Part shown: positions 37,099 through 50,114 of the stretch, piece by piece
How the letters are laid out: every line of letters begins with the position of its first letter
How positions within the stretch are numbered: position 1 is the first letter of the stretch
DNA from: Macrostomum lignano
Lineage: Eukaryota
DNA length: 64,000 nucleotides
Assembly (NCBI GenBank): GCA_002269645.1
Contig: NIVC01000147.1
Location: 1 to 64,000, forward strand
Reading direction: 5' to 3'
Notes under the pieces: generated by a model
What the model was told of the DNA's origin: nothing
Databases searched by the model: none
Seen by the model: only the letters and a program-made list of their open reading frames with translations
Translations under genes and position numbers: made by a program

Positions 37099-38771
37099 AT
37101 GACTTGTGGTATGGCTGCTGCCTCTAAACCTAGTGAAAGTGCAAAGCACATCATCTTCACTGGGCCACCTGGTAGGTAAAAGTTTTACTGCTTAATTGGC
37201 TCATTACTAACTGACTTGATCATGCTCTCAGCATCCGCCCACAACCTGGGCCTGTTATCTAATCACCAATGCAGGTGTAGGCAAGACAACGGCCACTCGT
37301 CGATTGGCTGAGCTCTGGCGCAGTCGCGGTCGCCCAGCTGCTGGCTTCTACACAGAGGAGGTCCGGTCCAGCGGCAGACGGATCGGTTTCGATGTGGTGT
37401 CCATTTTCGATGGCAGCCGCGCCACGCTAGCAAGGACCGAGTGAGTGGCTTCAGAATGAATTTTTTTAATTTTTATCTGTTTAAGACTTTAAGGCTTCCA
37501 GGCTAGAGTTGAACTATTGATATTCCATTATCCGCTACTCTTTCACGAAGTGGCAACCCCTTACCAAGTCCCTCAGTAGGCGGCAACCCTTTCCCCAGTC
37601 CTTACATAGGTGGCAACCCCATCCCCAGTCCTTCAGTAGGCGACAACCCATTCCCCAGTCCTTCAGTAGGCGACAACCCTTTCCCCAGTCTTTCAGTAGG
37701 CGACAACCCTTTCCCCAGTCCTTCATTTGGCGGCAACTCCTTCCGCAGTCCTTCAGTAGACGGCAACCCTTTCTCCAATCCTTACATAGGCGGCAACCCC
37801 TTCCCCAGTCCTTCAGTAGGCGGCAACCCTTTCCCCAGTCCTTCAGTAGGCGGCAAACCATTTCCCCAGTCCTTCAGTAGGCGGCAACCCTTTCCCCAGT
37901 CCTTCAGTAGGCGGCAAACCATTTCCCCAGTCCTTCAGTAGGCGGCAACCCTTTCTCCAATCCTTCAGTAGGCGGCAACCCCTTCCCCAGTCTTTCAGTA
38001 GGCGACAACCCTTTCTCCAGTCCTTCATTTGGCGGCAACCCCTTCCCCAGTCCTTCAGTAGGCGGCAACCCTTTCCCCAGTCCTTCAGTAGACGACAACC
38101 CTTTCCCCAGTCCTTCAGTAGACGGCAACCCTTTCCCCAGTCCTTCAGTAGGCGGCAACCCTTTCCCCAGTCCTTCAGTAGACGGCAACCCCTTCCCCCG
38201 TCCTTCTGAGGGCTCTCGGTGTTTGGCTATAAAGTCTGTTAATTATAGAAAAATCCCTAGTAAAATGGAATACAAAGCAGTAGTACTTAAAAAGTAGTTA
38301 CTAATGCATCTAGTAACTGCACTCCCAGTCTCCCTGCATCCACACTGCAGACCGTTCGCTGACTTTGTCCGGTTCGGACAGCCGCCGCCGCCTCGCGTCT
38401 CTGCCTATCTAGTCAACACTGGCGCCTTTGAAGCCGCCGCCGAGGCCGCTCTGTCGCCAGCCCTGGCCAGACTGCAGCAGCCGGATCGGGCCGCTAGCGG
38501 GCCACCGCTGCTAGTTGTCATTGACGAAGTTGGCAAGATGGAGTTATTCGGCAGTCAGTTTAAGCGGCTTGTTGAACACCTGGTTAATCCGGCTCTGACA
38601 CCACCCTATCAGTTGCTAGTGACCCTGCCAGTAGCTAAGGGGTCGCGGGAGGACCCGTTAATTAGTCGGCTACGGGCAGACAATAAATTTTTCAAGTACT
38701 CGTTGAGTCGCGAGTCGCGCGATGAAGCGCCAGATTCTGCGTTGAAAGCATTGGAATCTGCTGTGTCTTAG
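37099..38771 (+). CDS. NTPCR: Cancer-related nucleoside triphosphatase; exons 37099..37171, 37275..37440, 38351..38771
   Basis: HIIFTGPPGVGKTT (Walker A), GFYTEEVRSSGRRIGFDVV, VIDEVGKMELF; GT-AG introns (phase 1 and 2) keep the frame; start could be ATG 37099 or 37111. Confidence 0.93.
37549..38205. repeat. 30-bp minisatellite in NTPCR intron 2
   Basis: CCTTCAGTAGGCGGCAACCCTTTCCCCAGT, about 22 units. Confidence 0.95.
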
Positions 38772-38939
38772 AATGTTGTCATGCGTAAACTTGTGTCCAA
38801 TAGAAACCCTAGCTATGATTAATATTAAATAAACTTATTCAGCAACAATAAATTCACACTAATCGCTAGGATTTTTTAGTTACTTTTTTGTTTTTTTTAG
38901 CTTAGGCTTTTTGTGTGTAACTGTTATCTCTACAATTCT

Positions 38940-39260
38940 CAGACCACACCCTGACTTCCTCTGAGACTCGCAACAGCACACCCTGACTCCCTCTGAGACT
39001 CGCAACAGCACACGCTGACTCCCTCTGAGACTGGCAACAGCACACGCTGACTCCCTCTGAGACTGGCAACAGCACACCCTGACCCCTCTGAGACTGGCAA
39101 CAGCACACGCTGACTCCCTCTGAGACTGGCAACAGCACACCCTGACTCCCTCTGAGACTGGCAACAGCACACTCTGACTCTCTTCTGAGACTGGCAACAG
39201 AACACCCTGACTCCCTCTGACACTGGCAACAGCACACCTGACTCCCCTGAGACTGGCAGC
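38940..39260. repeat. 32-bp minisatellite between NTPCR and ERCC6L
   Basis: CTGACTCCCTCTGAGACTGGCAACAGCACACG, about 10 units. Confidence 0.9.
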
Positions 39261-39357
39261 TCCGCATGTGATTTCCAGTATCAAGCCCCGAACCGGGCTC
39301 ACACCAGCATTATTTGCATCTTGCAGCTTAGTTAAATCGGTCAGTCAGCACAGCGCA

Positions 39358-42300
39358 ATGTCCGCCAGCCAAAAGGACTTTGACTCAGCAGGCGCCGGCT
39401 CCGCATCGCCGCAGAGCGCCGCCCGTCTGCTAGTGAAGCAGGCAAGGCAGCAGTTTAATGCCAACGACTTCTTAGCGTCTCTGACCAGCCTCCAGGCTGC
39501 CTACGCCATCAATCCCAGCGAGTCGCTGCTCAACCGAATCTCGCGCCTGAAGGAATTCCTCGAAGATGCCAAGGACGGCAGCGATGCTGAAGAAGGCAAT
39601 GCCGGCAGCGACGAAGAAGCCGGCGGCGCCGACGAGAATTGCAGCGAAGTCGACGCCGACGACGTTGACTTTGTAGAGCCGCCTCGCCTGAAGTCGACAT
39701 TCGCTAAGCCGAAGCCGCGGCCGCGAATTGTCGACGAGGACGACGATGACGAACAGGACGATCGCGACAACTGGCGCCGGTCCAAGCATCAGCTGCCGCC
39801 GCGAAGGAGGTCGCCGCCGCGGTCGCACATCTCTAAGTCGCCGCTGGCTCTGTCCAACAACAGCGAAGCCGGACACCGCGATATCGGCGGCGGCAGCAGC
39901 AAGTTGGCCGAGGTGTGCCCGGGATTCTCGCTGTGCCGGCCGCTCTTTGATAAGCTGTACGATCACCAGCGAGCCGGCATCTCCTGGCTGTACAGCCTGC
40001 ACAAAGCCGGCAAGGGCGGCATCCTGGCCGACGATATGGGACTGGGTGAGTGCTCAACAGCTCTGCAATAATCGCCCCTCTCTTACTGATTGCGTGTGAA
40101 CTCTATCACTATTTTGTTTCACGATAAGCATGTAGCCCCCTTTAAAATCACCCTTCAATATCCCCAACATTACCCTTTAATATCCCCAACATCACCCTTT
40201 AATATCCCCAACATCACCCTTTAATATCCCCAACATCACCCTTTAATATCCCCAACATCACCCTTTAATATCCCCAACATCACCCTTTAATATCCCCAAC
40301 ATCACCCTTTAATATCCCCAACATCACCCTTTAATATCCCCAACATCACCCTTTAATATCCCCAACATCACCCTTTAATGTCCGCCACCATCACCCTTCA
40401 ATATCTCCAACATCACCCTTTAATGTCCGCCACCATCACCCTTTAATATCCCCAACATCACCCTTTAATATCCCCAACATCACCCTTTAATATCCCCAAC
40501 ATCACCCTTTAATATCCCCAACATCACCCTTTAATATCCCCAACATCACCCTTTAATATCCCCAACATCACCCTTTAATATCCCCAACATCACCCTTTAA
40601 TGTCCGCCACCATCACCCTTGAATATCCCCAACATCACCCTTTAATATCCCCAACATCACCCTTTAATATCCCCAACATCACCCTTTAATATCCCCAACA
40701 TCACCCTTTAATATCCCCAACATCACCCTTTAATATCCCCAACATCACCCTTTAATATCCCTAACGTCAACCTCAAAACGCGACTAAATACATCGCCTAG
40801 AATCGCCCTGACACCGCACCCACTGTCACCCTTACACTTGCCATAAACATCGGCCCGCGCCACCCGCAGGCAAGACCATCCAGACCATCGCATTCCTGCG
40901 CGGCCTTTTCGATCAAAACGAGATTCGATCCGTTCTGCTAATCATGCCCGTGTCGGTCATCATGACCTGGCGCCAGGAGTTCGACAAATGGGCCCGCAAC
41001 TTGCCTGTGTACTTGTACCACGGCCAGACTAAGCGCCAGATGGAATACGATCTGTCCAGGGTGCAGCGGCGCTCCGGCGTGCTCATCACCACCTACGGCA
41101 TGGTGGTGTCCTCCTGGCAGAGTCTGGCCTGCGACCAGAATAACCGCACCTTCGTTTGGGACTATGTTATTCTGGACGAGGGCCACAAGATCAAGAATTC
41201 TAGCCGAAAGACATCCAAGGTCTGTCTGTCTGTCTGTCTGTTTTAGTGTCTGTTTGTCTGTCTGTCTGTCTTTCTTAGTGTCTGTCTGTCTGTCGTTGTG
41301 GATAATTTTAAATAGGTTTTCTTGCACCTAAGTGTATATCTTGAATATGTGAATTGATTTGTTTAAAACTATTTATTTTATTTTGTCTTTCAAGGTCACA
41401 TTTTTTATTTCCTTTTTTGCGTCTTCATTTCCCACACTGACTACTGCCTATATACCACTGCTTAAAAAAGAACAACAAGCTCCCTGATTTGCCTTCCACA
41501 GGGTGTTTTTGCCATCGACGCCAAGCACAGACTGCTCCTCACTGGCACAGCGGTGCAAAACAACCTCATGGAGATGTGGGCTCTATTCGACTTCGCCCAT
41601 CACGGCACCCTGCTGGGCACGCAGAAGACCTTCAAAACCGAGTACGAGCGGCCAATCATTCGGTCCAGGGAGAAGGACGCCACAGCGTCCGAGCGTCGCT
41701 ACGGAGACCAGATGGCGCAGAGCCTGAAGGCCCGCATCGAGCCGTACTTCCTGCGCCGGACCAAGCACCAGATCCAGGCCAGCACCAAGCAGCAGGGCCA
41801 GAAGCCCTCGGCCGGGCCGGCAATGCCCTCCCTGACTAGAAAGAACGACGTAGTTGTCTGGCTGTTCATGTCTCAGACTCAGCTCAACATCTACCGCGAC
41901 TTTCTCCAGCTGGACCAGGTCAAGGCCCTGTTAGTGAATAGCAACCGCCGGTCGCCTTTAGTGGAGCTGACCGTGCTGAAGAAGATTTGCGATCATCCTC
42001 GCCTGCTGTCGGCCAACCAGTGCCAGGATCTGGGCCTGAGCCGCGCCGAGAACATGCTGGATAATAGCCGGGCCGCTATCCATCTGCCAGTGTCCATGCT
42101 GACGGAAGAGAGCGGCAAGATGGCTTTCTTGGCCAAACTAATGGCCCGGCTGAAGGCCGAGGGGCATCGGACTCTGGTGTTCTCACAGTCGCGCAAGATG
42201 CTGGACATTGCCGAGCGAATTCTGGAGGAGCGCGGCCATCGGCTGTCTAGACTGGACGGCCGGGTAACCCAGGTGGCTGACCGGCAGCACATTGTCAGCA

Positions 42301-45300
42301 CATTCGCTCGGGACAAGAGCATTGACGCTTTTCTGCTCACCACACAGGTGAGTTTTCATCCATTAGTGTCGTATCTAAATCTGCAAATCATCTAGAGGTT
42401 TCATATCTAATCATTAGATGTGGCGTATCTAAATCATCTAGAGGTTTCATATCTAATCATCCAGAGGTGGCGTATCTAAATCATCTAGAGGTTTCATATC
42501 TAATCATGAGTAACCTGAGTAAGTGTCCGACAGTAGCAGCAGCAGGCCGACTCCCGAGACTTCGCAGTGGTCCATGTGGACGCGGCTCCATGGAGTTGTC
42601 TCCGGTGGCCATATGTCGATTTTGCGATTAGACAGCGGGCGGGACTCAGCGCATGTCCGGCATCTCTCCATATACTGTCGCACATCTCGATCCAATCCAG
42701 GCCACTAGAATTCCTTGCAGATGTGGGTCTTAGTGCTCTCAAAGCTAGGATGCACTTCATCATGAGCCGCTTCCAGAATCCTCCGACGAAGCACTGCTGG
42801 AGGTACCACTCGAGTTCCATGGATCACCAAGCCGTTATCAGTCGACAGGGAAGTTCTACAGGCTTTAAAGGGTCGCTCAACCTGAGAAACCTGACCCCAA
42901 CGCCCGGTTCGGATTCTCTGTTGCAGTCTCTTCAGCACCGAGCAGTTCAGGGTGGCTTCCGGAGCTCCTGCCGAGTCATCTGCGCTCAGCACTGAATCCG
43001 CTTGATGCACCGTGTCCTCATCGACTTCTGCAGTGTAGTTGAGCCTTGACAAGGCATCAGCGTCCAGTAGCTGCTTTCCTGGAATGTATTCCACAGAGTA
43101 ATCGAATGCAGACAGTCTCAATGCCCATCTAGTCAGCCTAGCTGAAGCTGTTTTTGACAGGCTTTTGCTCGGGTTGAAAATAAATCTTAGAGGCTCATAG
43201 TCTGTTTGCAAGATAATTTTTTCCCGATCAACATTTTCGCTCGCTCAACTGCCCAGACTATGACTAGCGCTTCCCTTTCAATGTTAGAGTAGTTGGACTC
43301 CGCGGAGGTGAGCATCTTCGATAGGTACATCACCGGGTGACCTGCTTGAGTCAGAACAGCGCCTACAGATTTTTCACTAGCATCAACTCGAAGGCAGACT
43401 GGCGCATTGATGTCATATGGCTTGGCACACGGCTTGGAGGCGAGACATGCTTTTACTTCGGCAAAGGCAGCCTCGGCTGCCGGGCTCCCATCGAATGCAC
43501 TGTCGCTCCTCCTCAGCTCATGCAATACTCGGCAGCGCTCGGAGAAGTTGGGAATCGTCTGCCGTAGAACTGTGCGAGTCCTAGAAACTTCTCTAGGTCC
43601 TTTTTACTCTTGGGGCTGGCTACCTGTAGCACTCTCTCAACCATCTCTGGGTCTGGTTTGATGCCTTCTGCATCGATAACATGCCCAAGAAACTTCAGGC
43701 TGCTAGTCTCCATAACGTACTTTGACTCGTTAATTTTGACATTGGCCTCTCGCAGTCTTTTCAAGACACTTTCCCTGATCTGCTGTAGCTCTAGCGTAGA
43801 ACTCCCACCAATCAGCACACCATCTTGATAAGTTATAACACTCGGATGCTCACTGATCAGTTCCTCCATCTCACGCTGAAAGACTGATGGTGACACCTTG
43901 ATACCGTAGGGCAGTCTGTTGAAGCAGTAGCAGCCGAATGGGGTGTTGATGGTGGTGACCGCCTTGGACTGCTCATCCAGGAGAATCTGGTAGTAGGCGT
44001 CTGACAGATCCAGGTCTCTATGGAGGGTGTGAGATACGTCTGGCCTTGAATCAGCTGATTGACGGCCGTGTAGTCGCCGCAGATCCTCACGGTCTCCCGG
44101 CCAGGCTTGGCGGTGACTACGATCGGGCTGCCCCACTCCGATGAGTTCACTTTCTCAGCAATTCCAGCCGCCTCCATCAGGTCGAGTTCCTTCTTCACCA
44201 GCGGTTTTAATGCCATTGGAAGCTTACAGGCCGGTTGGAACACTGGCTCGGCGCTGGACTTGAGTCGGATCTCCAACCGCGCCCTTGATTCCAGCCAACT
44301 TCAGATATTTGTTGCTCACCTCCTCCGAATGGTGCATCTGCTGGCTGCTTAGCAGATTCCGGCCCAGAAGACCGAATTGCTGGTGACAGTCTATCACCGG
44401 GAGTTCCATTGTCGCAAATCTCCCGTTGTCGCCTTCAGTCTCCACCAGGCACTGTAGGAGGCCAAGCTGTCTCATCACGTGACCATCATATGACAGCATG
44501 CGTGACTTCGGCTTCTTGAGTGCTGGACGTCCAAGGTCGATCCAGATTTTCTTGGAGATCAATGAGCAGGAGGCGCCGCTGTCCCTCTCCATTTTCACCT
44601 GCTTACCGTTGATCTTCACAAAGCAGAAGTCAGCTGGCTTGCCTTCAGTGCAGAAAAACACAGCTTCATCCGGGTGGGCTTTGGGCTCCGTGAAGTGCGC
44701 CTTGGCGGTGCCGCGACATGCCCTGGCAAAGTGTCCCTGCTTTCCGCACTTGTGGCAAGCAGCTTTCAAGGCCCGACATTCAGACACATTACGATGCTGA
44801 GCCAAGCCGCATCTTCCACACTTGCCCTTGAACTGGTGAACAGTGTGAGCCGATTGCTGCTCCAGCTCTTGTGACACTGCCTGATGCACAGCTGGCTCAG
44901 TTGATGCTCCGATGTTCTGAGCTGCCGATGTTGGTGTCGTGAAGTCGTTGACTAGTTGCAGCTGCTGAACAAACTCAGTGATCTGATCTACAGTCAGCTC
45001 TTGCGTCATCCCACGCTCCAAAACCTTATTTCTCGTGTCCTGGCTGACTAGGCCAGCGATGAGGCGCGATGTCCTCCCACCGCATTCCTGCGATCTTCTT
45101 TGGAGCCACCAGCTGTTTGACCTTCATAAGTTGACTTACGCCCAGCGATCCTAGAAATGCGTCTGTCAAGCCGAGGTTGTTCTCCTCGTCTCTGACTCCT
45201 TTGGACCTCGCCTGAGCGTCGAACACTTCTACCCAGGCTTGCAGTTCGTCCACATTTTCCAGAGTCAGTTGATCTCGTATCTTAATAGACATTATGGCCG

Positions 45301-48237
45301 TATGCAGGCATGCGCAATCCTGCTTGCGACGCCAAGTGAAAGTCAATAGCTTTAGCACTCAAGTTGTGACAGAAGTTTATTGAAGTCAACCTCAGATCAG
45401 AAACACATTTAATAAGCATCGCAGCATAGCATTGGGGTGGGTGACAGAGATAAGGCATGCACGATGGAATAGAGAATGAGCAACAATGTACACAGAGTAC
45501 GCAAACCCTCACCAGACAAATAACCCACCCCAAACACTGACCCCAGAGCCCACAGTCCATAAAAGATCAGAGTCAGTCAGAGTCCAACAGTGTCTAATCA
45601 TCTAGAGGTTTCGTATCTAATCACTCATTGGTGGCATATCTAATCATCAATTGCTGGCTTATCTAAACATCAATAAGGGGCCTATTTAAACCTCACACAT
45701 TTATGTCGTCCATTTACCTGTCTGCTGCCACTCTTCCGCAGGTGGGCGGAGTCGGCCTCACTCTGACTGCGGCAGACCGCGTAGTCATTCTGGACCCATC
45801 GTGGAACCCGGCGGTGGACGCTCAGGCGGTTGACAGGGCCTTCCGCATTGGGCAGAGTCGCAATGTACTGATCTACCGGCTCATCACGTGCGGCACTGTG
45901 GAAGAGAAGATCTACCGCCGACAGGTGTTCAAAGATGGTATCACCAGGCAGACAACTGGCATCGGCGAGGCTGACAAGGATCCTTATCGGTGAGCTTGGG
46001 TCTGTGTTCGAGTCTGAGCTTATGTAGTGCTTTTGATCGAGTTTCTCAGCAATATCGATCAAGTTTCCCAGCATTATCGATCAATATTCTTAGCTCTATC
46101 GATCGAGTTTTCCAGCAATATCGATCAAGTTTCCCAGCATTATCAATCAATATTCTTAGCTCTATCGATCGAGTTTCCCAGCATTATCGATCAATATTCT
46201 TAGCATTATCGATCAATATTCTTAGCATTATCGATCAATATTCTCAGCATTATCGATCGAGTTTCTTAGCATTATCAATCGACATTCCCAGCATTATCAA
46301 TCGATATTCTCAGCATTATCAATCGATATTCTCAGCATTATCAATCGACATTCCCAGCATTATCAATCGATATTCTCGGCACTGTCGATCGAGTTTCTGA
46401 GCACAAATATTTGAGCAATTCATGAGCACTATTGCTGGAGTCTCTAACCCCAAAATTCGCCCACTCCCCCCTATGCTCAATCCGCCAGCTACTTCACAAA
46501 GCAAGAGCTGAGGGAGCTTTTCAAGCTGGACGATCACCTGAAGTCGCAGACGCAGCAGCAGCTGGCCGAGCTGCACAGCGGCCAGCGTCGCACCGATCCG
46601 GAGCTTGACGAGCACCTGGCCTACCTTCACAGCCTGAATGTGTTCGGCATCTCCGATCACGACCTGATGTTCACGCAGGCCGACGCCACGGAGCCCGACG
46701 TGGACGACAACAGCGAGGCCTCAGCCGCCGCTGCCGCCAGTATGTTCGGCGGTCCCGGGCTCGAATCCACCACGATCGGAGCCGCTAATTCGGCTAAATT
46801 TGCCGAGCAGCGCCGGCGTCAGGTGGAGGAGACACTGGCTAGGGAGAACGAGGAGATGGCAGGCCGCAGGCTGGACCGCATCGATATGAGCCGCATGGAG
46901 CTGTCAGTGCTGCAGCCGGGCTCCGCTCGGCCGGCCAATGTGCGCGACCGGATTGAGGCCACCATGCACCAGTTTGTGCCGCTCTCCCGGCCCAAAATTC
47001 CTCAGGTATGAAGTTTGCTAAAGTTTTTTAACTGTCTTTCTGAGCACTGATTATTCACTTTCTTCAAATCTGAAACTTGCAGCCGCCGCGGCCTCGGCCT
47101 GTGTACGCCTCCGACTCGGCCTCGGCCGCCTTGGTTTCAGCTTCCGCCTCATCATCCGCCGGGGTTGAAGCGGCTGGCGTTCCAAGCCCGCCTCCTAGTC
47201 CGCCACTGCGGCAGCCGATGCCGCCGCCTCCGCCACCGCGGCAGCCTATGCCGCAACAGCCAGTGCCGCAACAGCCCGTGCCGCCGCAGCCAGTGCCGCA
47301 ACAGCCAGTGCCGCAACAGCAAGTGCCGCAATCGCCGCCGACGCCGCCGCCCTCGGTGGCCCAGCTGTCTGAGAGCATCCACGCAATGAGCGTCTCCGAG
47401 GACAGCGTGGTTAGCGATGACCCGACGTTCGACAAGTCGAATCGAGGCGACACTTCGATGGCTGTCCAGCAGGCTGCTTCCGCAGCAGCCGACGTCAGCT
47501 TCGAGGACTCGCCGCTGGCCGTGCGCCTGCCGTCAGCTGGCCGCCGCAATGTCCGCCGGCTGGCCATCGACTCCGACTCCGATGAGGCCGCCGATGATGA
47601 GCAGCAGGCGGGCGCCGCGGCTATGGAGGCCTCATGCGCGGCTTCGCCAGCCCCGCCGGCTCCTCAGAAGCTGATTGTGCCTGCCACGCCGGAGCGCCTC
47701 TCAGACAGTGCTCACGCCATGAGCTTCTCGGAAGCTGACGGAGAAGGCGAATTAGTGGAAGAGTCCGGCTCAGATGCCGGGTCAGATGCTGAGTCAGATG
47801 CTGGAGAGAACAACGAACCGATCGAAGTTGTTGAGCTGTCCTCGTCTGACGAGAGCCTTCAGGAGGCGCTGCAGAGTCGGCCGGTGCACAGCCTGCTGTC
47901 GCGGTCACTGGGCGCTGATGCTTCGGCCGCGGCGGCTGGGGACACGTCGGCGGTCTCGGGCGCCAGCTCGATCATCGGCAACAAGAGCCGCGGCAAGGTG
48001 GTCCTGGTGTCCGACTCGCCAGTCCAGTCGCGCTTGTCCACCCCCTCGGCCGCTGCAGCCGCAGGTCTCACTGCCGTCGAGACACCGCCGCCGGCGCCTC
48101 TTCCGCACTCAGCGATGCAGCGGTGGTTCTCGACTCCAATGGCCTCTGGAGCTCCCGCTGCCACTCCCGCCACCGCTGCCGCCGACGCTGCCAGCACCCA
48201 GGCCGGTAATTGCATGTCCATTGACGGGGACGACTGA
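39358..48237 (+). CDS. ERCC6L: SNF2-family DNA translocase ERCC6L/PICH; exons 39358..40045, 40870..41219, 41502..42347, 45742..45989, 46489..47005, 47083..48237
   Basis: [135 protein letters not shown]; all junctions are GT-AG and in frame. Confidence 0.92.
40145..40765. repeat. 22-23-bp minisatellite in ERCC6L intron 1
   Basis: CATCACCCTTTAATATCCCCAA, about 28 units. Confidence 0.95.
45316..45334 (-). promoter_or_regulatory. Primer-binding site TGGCGTCGCAAGCAGGATT (tRNA 3' end complement, Ser-like)
   Basis: Begins TGG right after the LTR; complement reads AATCCTGCTTGCGACGCCA; tRNA identity is inferred. Confidence 0.7.
45337..45589 (-). repeat. 5' LTR (253 bp, TG...CA) of the gypsy element
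   Basis: Starts TGTTGGACT, ends ...CTTTCA, contains AATAAA, followed after 2 nt by a PBS. Confidence 0.8.
46035..46395. repeat. Degenerate ATCGAT-rich minisatellite in an ERCC6L intron
   Basis: CAGCATTATCGATCAATATTCT / ATCGATCGAGTTTCC units. Confidence 0.85.
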
Positions 48238-49424
48238 AGATCTGGCGCGGCAATGGGATCGGTGCTCTGGGGAACAATTACTAGAGCGTCCCGTTTGCAA
48301 TTACATTCTCTTGACATTTGTTTCACATGAATTCGTCACACACTTTCGTTTACTTTTACTTTCAAATATGCGCACGCTTATCTTTAGCTTTTCAATATTT
48401 TACGTTTTCTAGCGCATTTTTTGTTCCTTTTAGTGTGTTCTGATCTTCTGCAGCTTACTCAATCAATCATGATCTGATGAGCGGGGGTGAAAGCTTGGCA
48501 AAATGGTAGAAGAGATCGTGTGGCATTTATGAGCAGTGCTCAAGCACCACAGAACGGCATTTTTCGTAGGCTGCTACTGTTACTGTTAACTATACTTCTG
48601 TGTAATACATCTACTCCAGCTATTATATAAAACCTGTTTGTTCGCTTCCGTTTTTTATTAGGATAATTCTTTCAACAGACTGATTGGGTTGGCTTCTCTT
48701 TCGTGTCCTTCTTTTGTTCGTGAGAATCTTGCAGCGAATTATAATAAGTAGTATCTATAGTTGACTAAGCAGTATCTATAGTTTACTAAGTAGTATATAT
48801 AGTTTACTAAGTAGTATATGTAGTGCATATTGTTTTACTAAGTAGTATACAATTAACTGATTCAACAGTTAAGCATTGAATTTAGATTTTCCATTCCTCT
48901 CTACGCATCAATACCAAGTGGCAGAGCAGATCAGCGGTACACGGGTCTGACTCTCCGCTGTCACATTGCGATTCACACCCTCGAGGGCCGGGCCAGGCCC
49001 AAACCTCCAAGGCACTGGGAGAGTGTACATGTCTAACGATTATAAATTCAGAGCCTCTGTATACCCTGCGTGAGCGTGAGACGGACCGGACCGCACAGCG
49101 CATAAAGCTACCGAGTTCGATGGAATAATACTGCTACGCCGGTCGGGGTTGGCCAGGGTCCCGGCCGTGCCCACGGCTCCCCCCAGGAGCGGCCTCAGCG
49201 TTGGGCTCTCTCCGCCCGTCAACCGCCTGGGTCATATAGCCGCCTCGCTTTTGATTGTCTGTCTGAAGTGCATGGGAGCAGCTGTAGCTTTGCCATGTGT
49301 TGCGTGTACTCATTGTAGGCTCAGCCTATTAGCGCACTTCTATTCTTCATTTCTAAAGCCCTAGTAATATACCGGCACTAGTGGTATCTGACTGATCTAC
49401 GGGTGTTAAGTATAGTATCTGACT

Positions 49425-49975
49425 TGCAGATGTCAGTAGTATCGGTGCTGCAGATGTCAGTAGTATCTGTAAAGGTGTCAGTAGTATCTGATCTGCAGGT
49501 GTCAGTAGTATCCGTACTGCAGGTGTCAGTAGTATCTGACTTGCAGATGTCAGTAGTATCTGTGCTGCAGATGTCAGTAGTATCTGTACTGCAGGTGTCA
49601 GTAGTATCTGTACTGCAGGTGTCAGTAGTATCTGTGCCGCAGGTGTCAGTAGTATCTGATCTGCAGGTGTCAGTAGTATCTGTACTGCAGGTGTCAGTAG
49701 TATCTGTGCTGCAGGTGTCAGTAGTATCTGACTTGCAGATGTCAGTAGTATCTGTGCTGCAGATGTCAGTAGTATCTGTGCTGCAGATGTCAGTAGTATA
49801 TTAAAGGTGTCAGTAGTATCTGATCTGCAGATGTCAGTAGTATCCGTACTGCAGGTGTCAGTAGTGTCTGTACTGCAGGTGTCAGTAGTATCTGTACTGC
49901 AGGTGTCAGTAGTATCCGTACTGCAGGTGTCAGTAGTATCTGTACTGCAGGTGTCAGTAGTATCCGTACTGCCAG
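49425..49975. repeat. 24-bp minisatellite (GCAGGTGTCAGTAGTATCTGTACT)
   Basis: About 23 units. Confidence 0.95.
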
Positions 49976-50114
49976 GTGTCAGTATTTTCAGTTCGACATT
50001 GGTCCTGTTTCCCCAGTTGATTGCATGGTTTTGGTCACCCGGATGCGGAGCCGGGCTCCGTCGATGCGCCACTGCAGATCTCTTGCACGGGCCAGTGAGC
50101 ACAGTGAGAACAGG

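Larger units (their letters stand above)
42507..45589 (-). mobile_element. 3'-truncated, frameshifted Ty3/gypsy LTR retrotransposon, antisense in ERCC6L intron 3
   Basis: Gag CCHC knuckles ([23 protein letters not shown]), protease DSGAS, RT ([16 protein letters not shown]), RNase H ([23 protein letters not shown]), integrase HHCC (AHDEVH..CRTC), in PR-RT-RH-IN order. Confidence 0.93.

Noticed and set aside
48440-48495. CTGATGAG...GAAA resembling a hammerhead ribozyme core
   Set aside because: Stem II would have only about 2 weak pairs and stem I cannot form.
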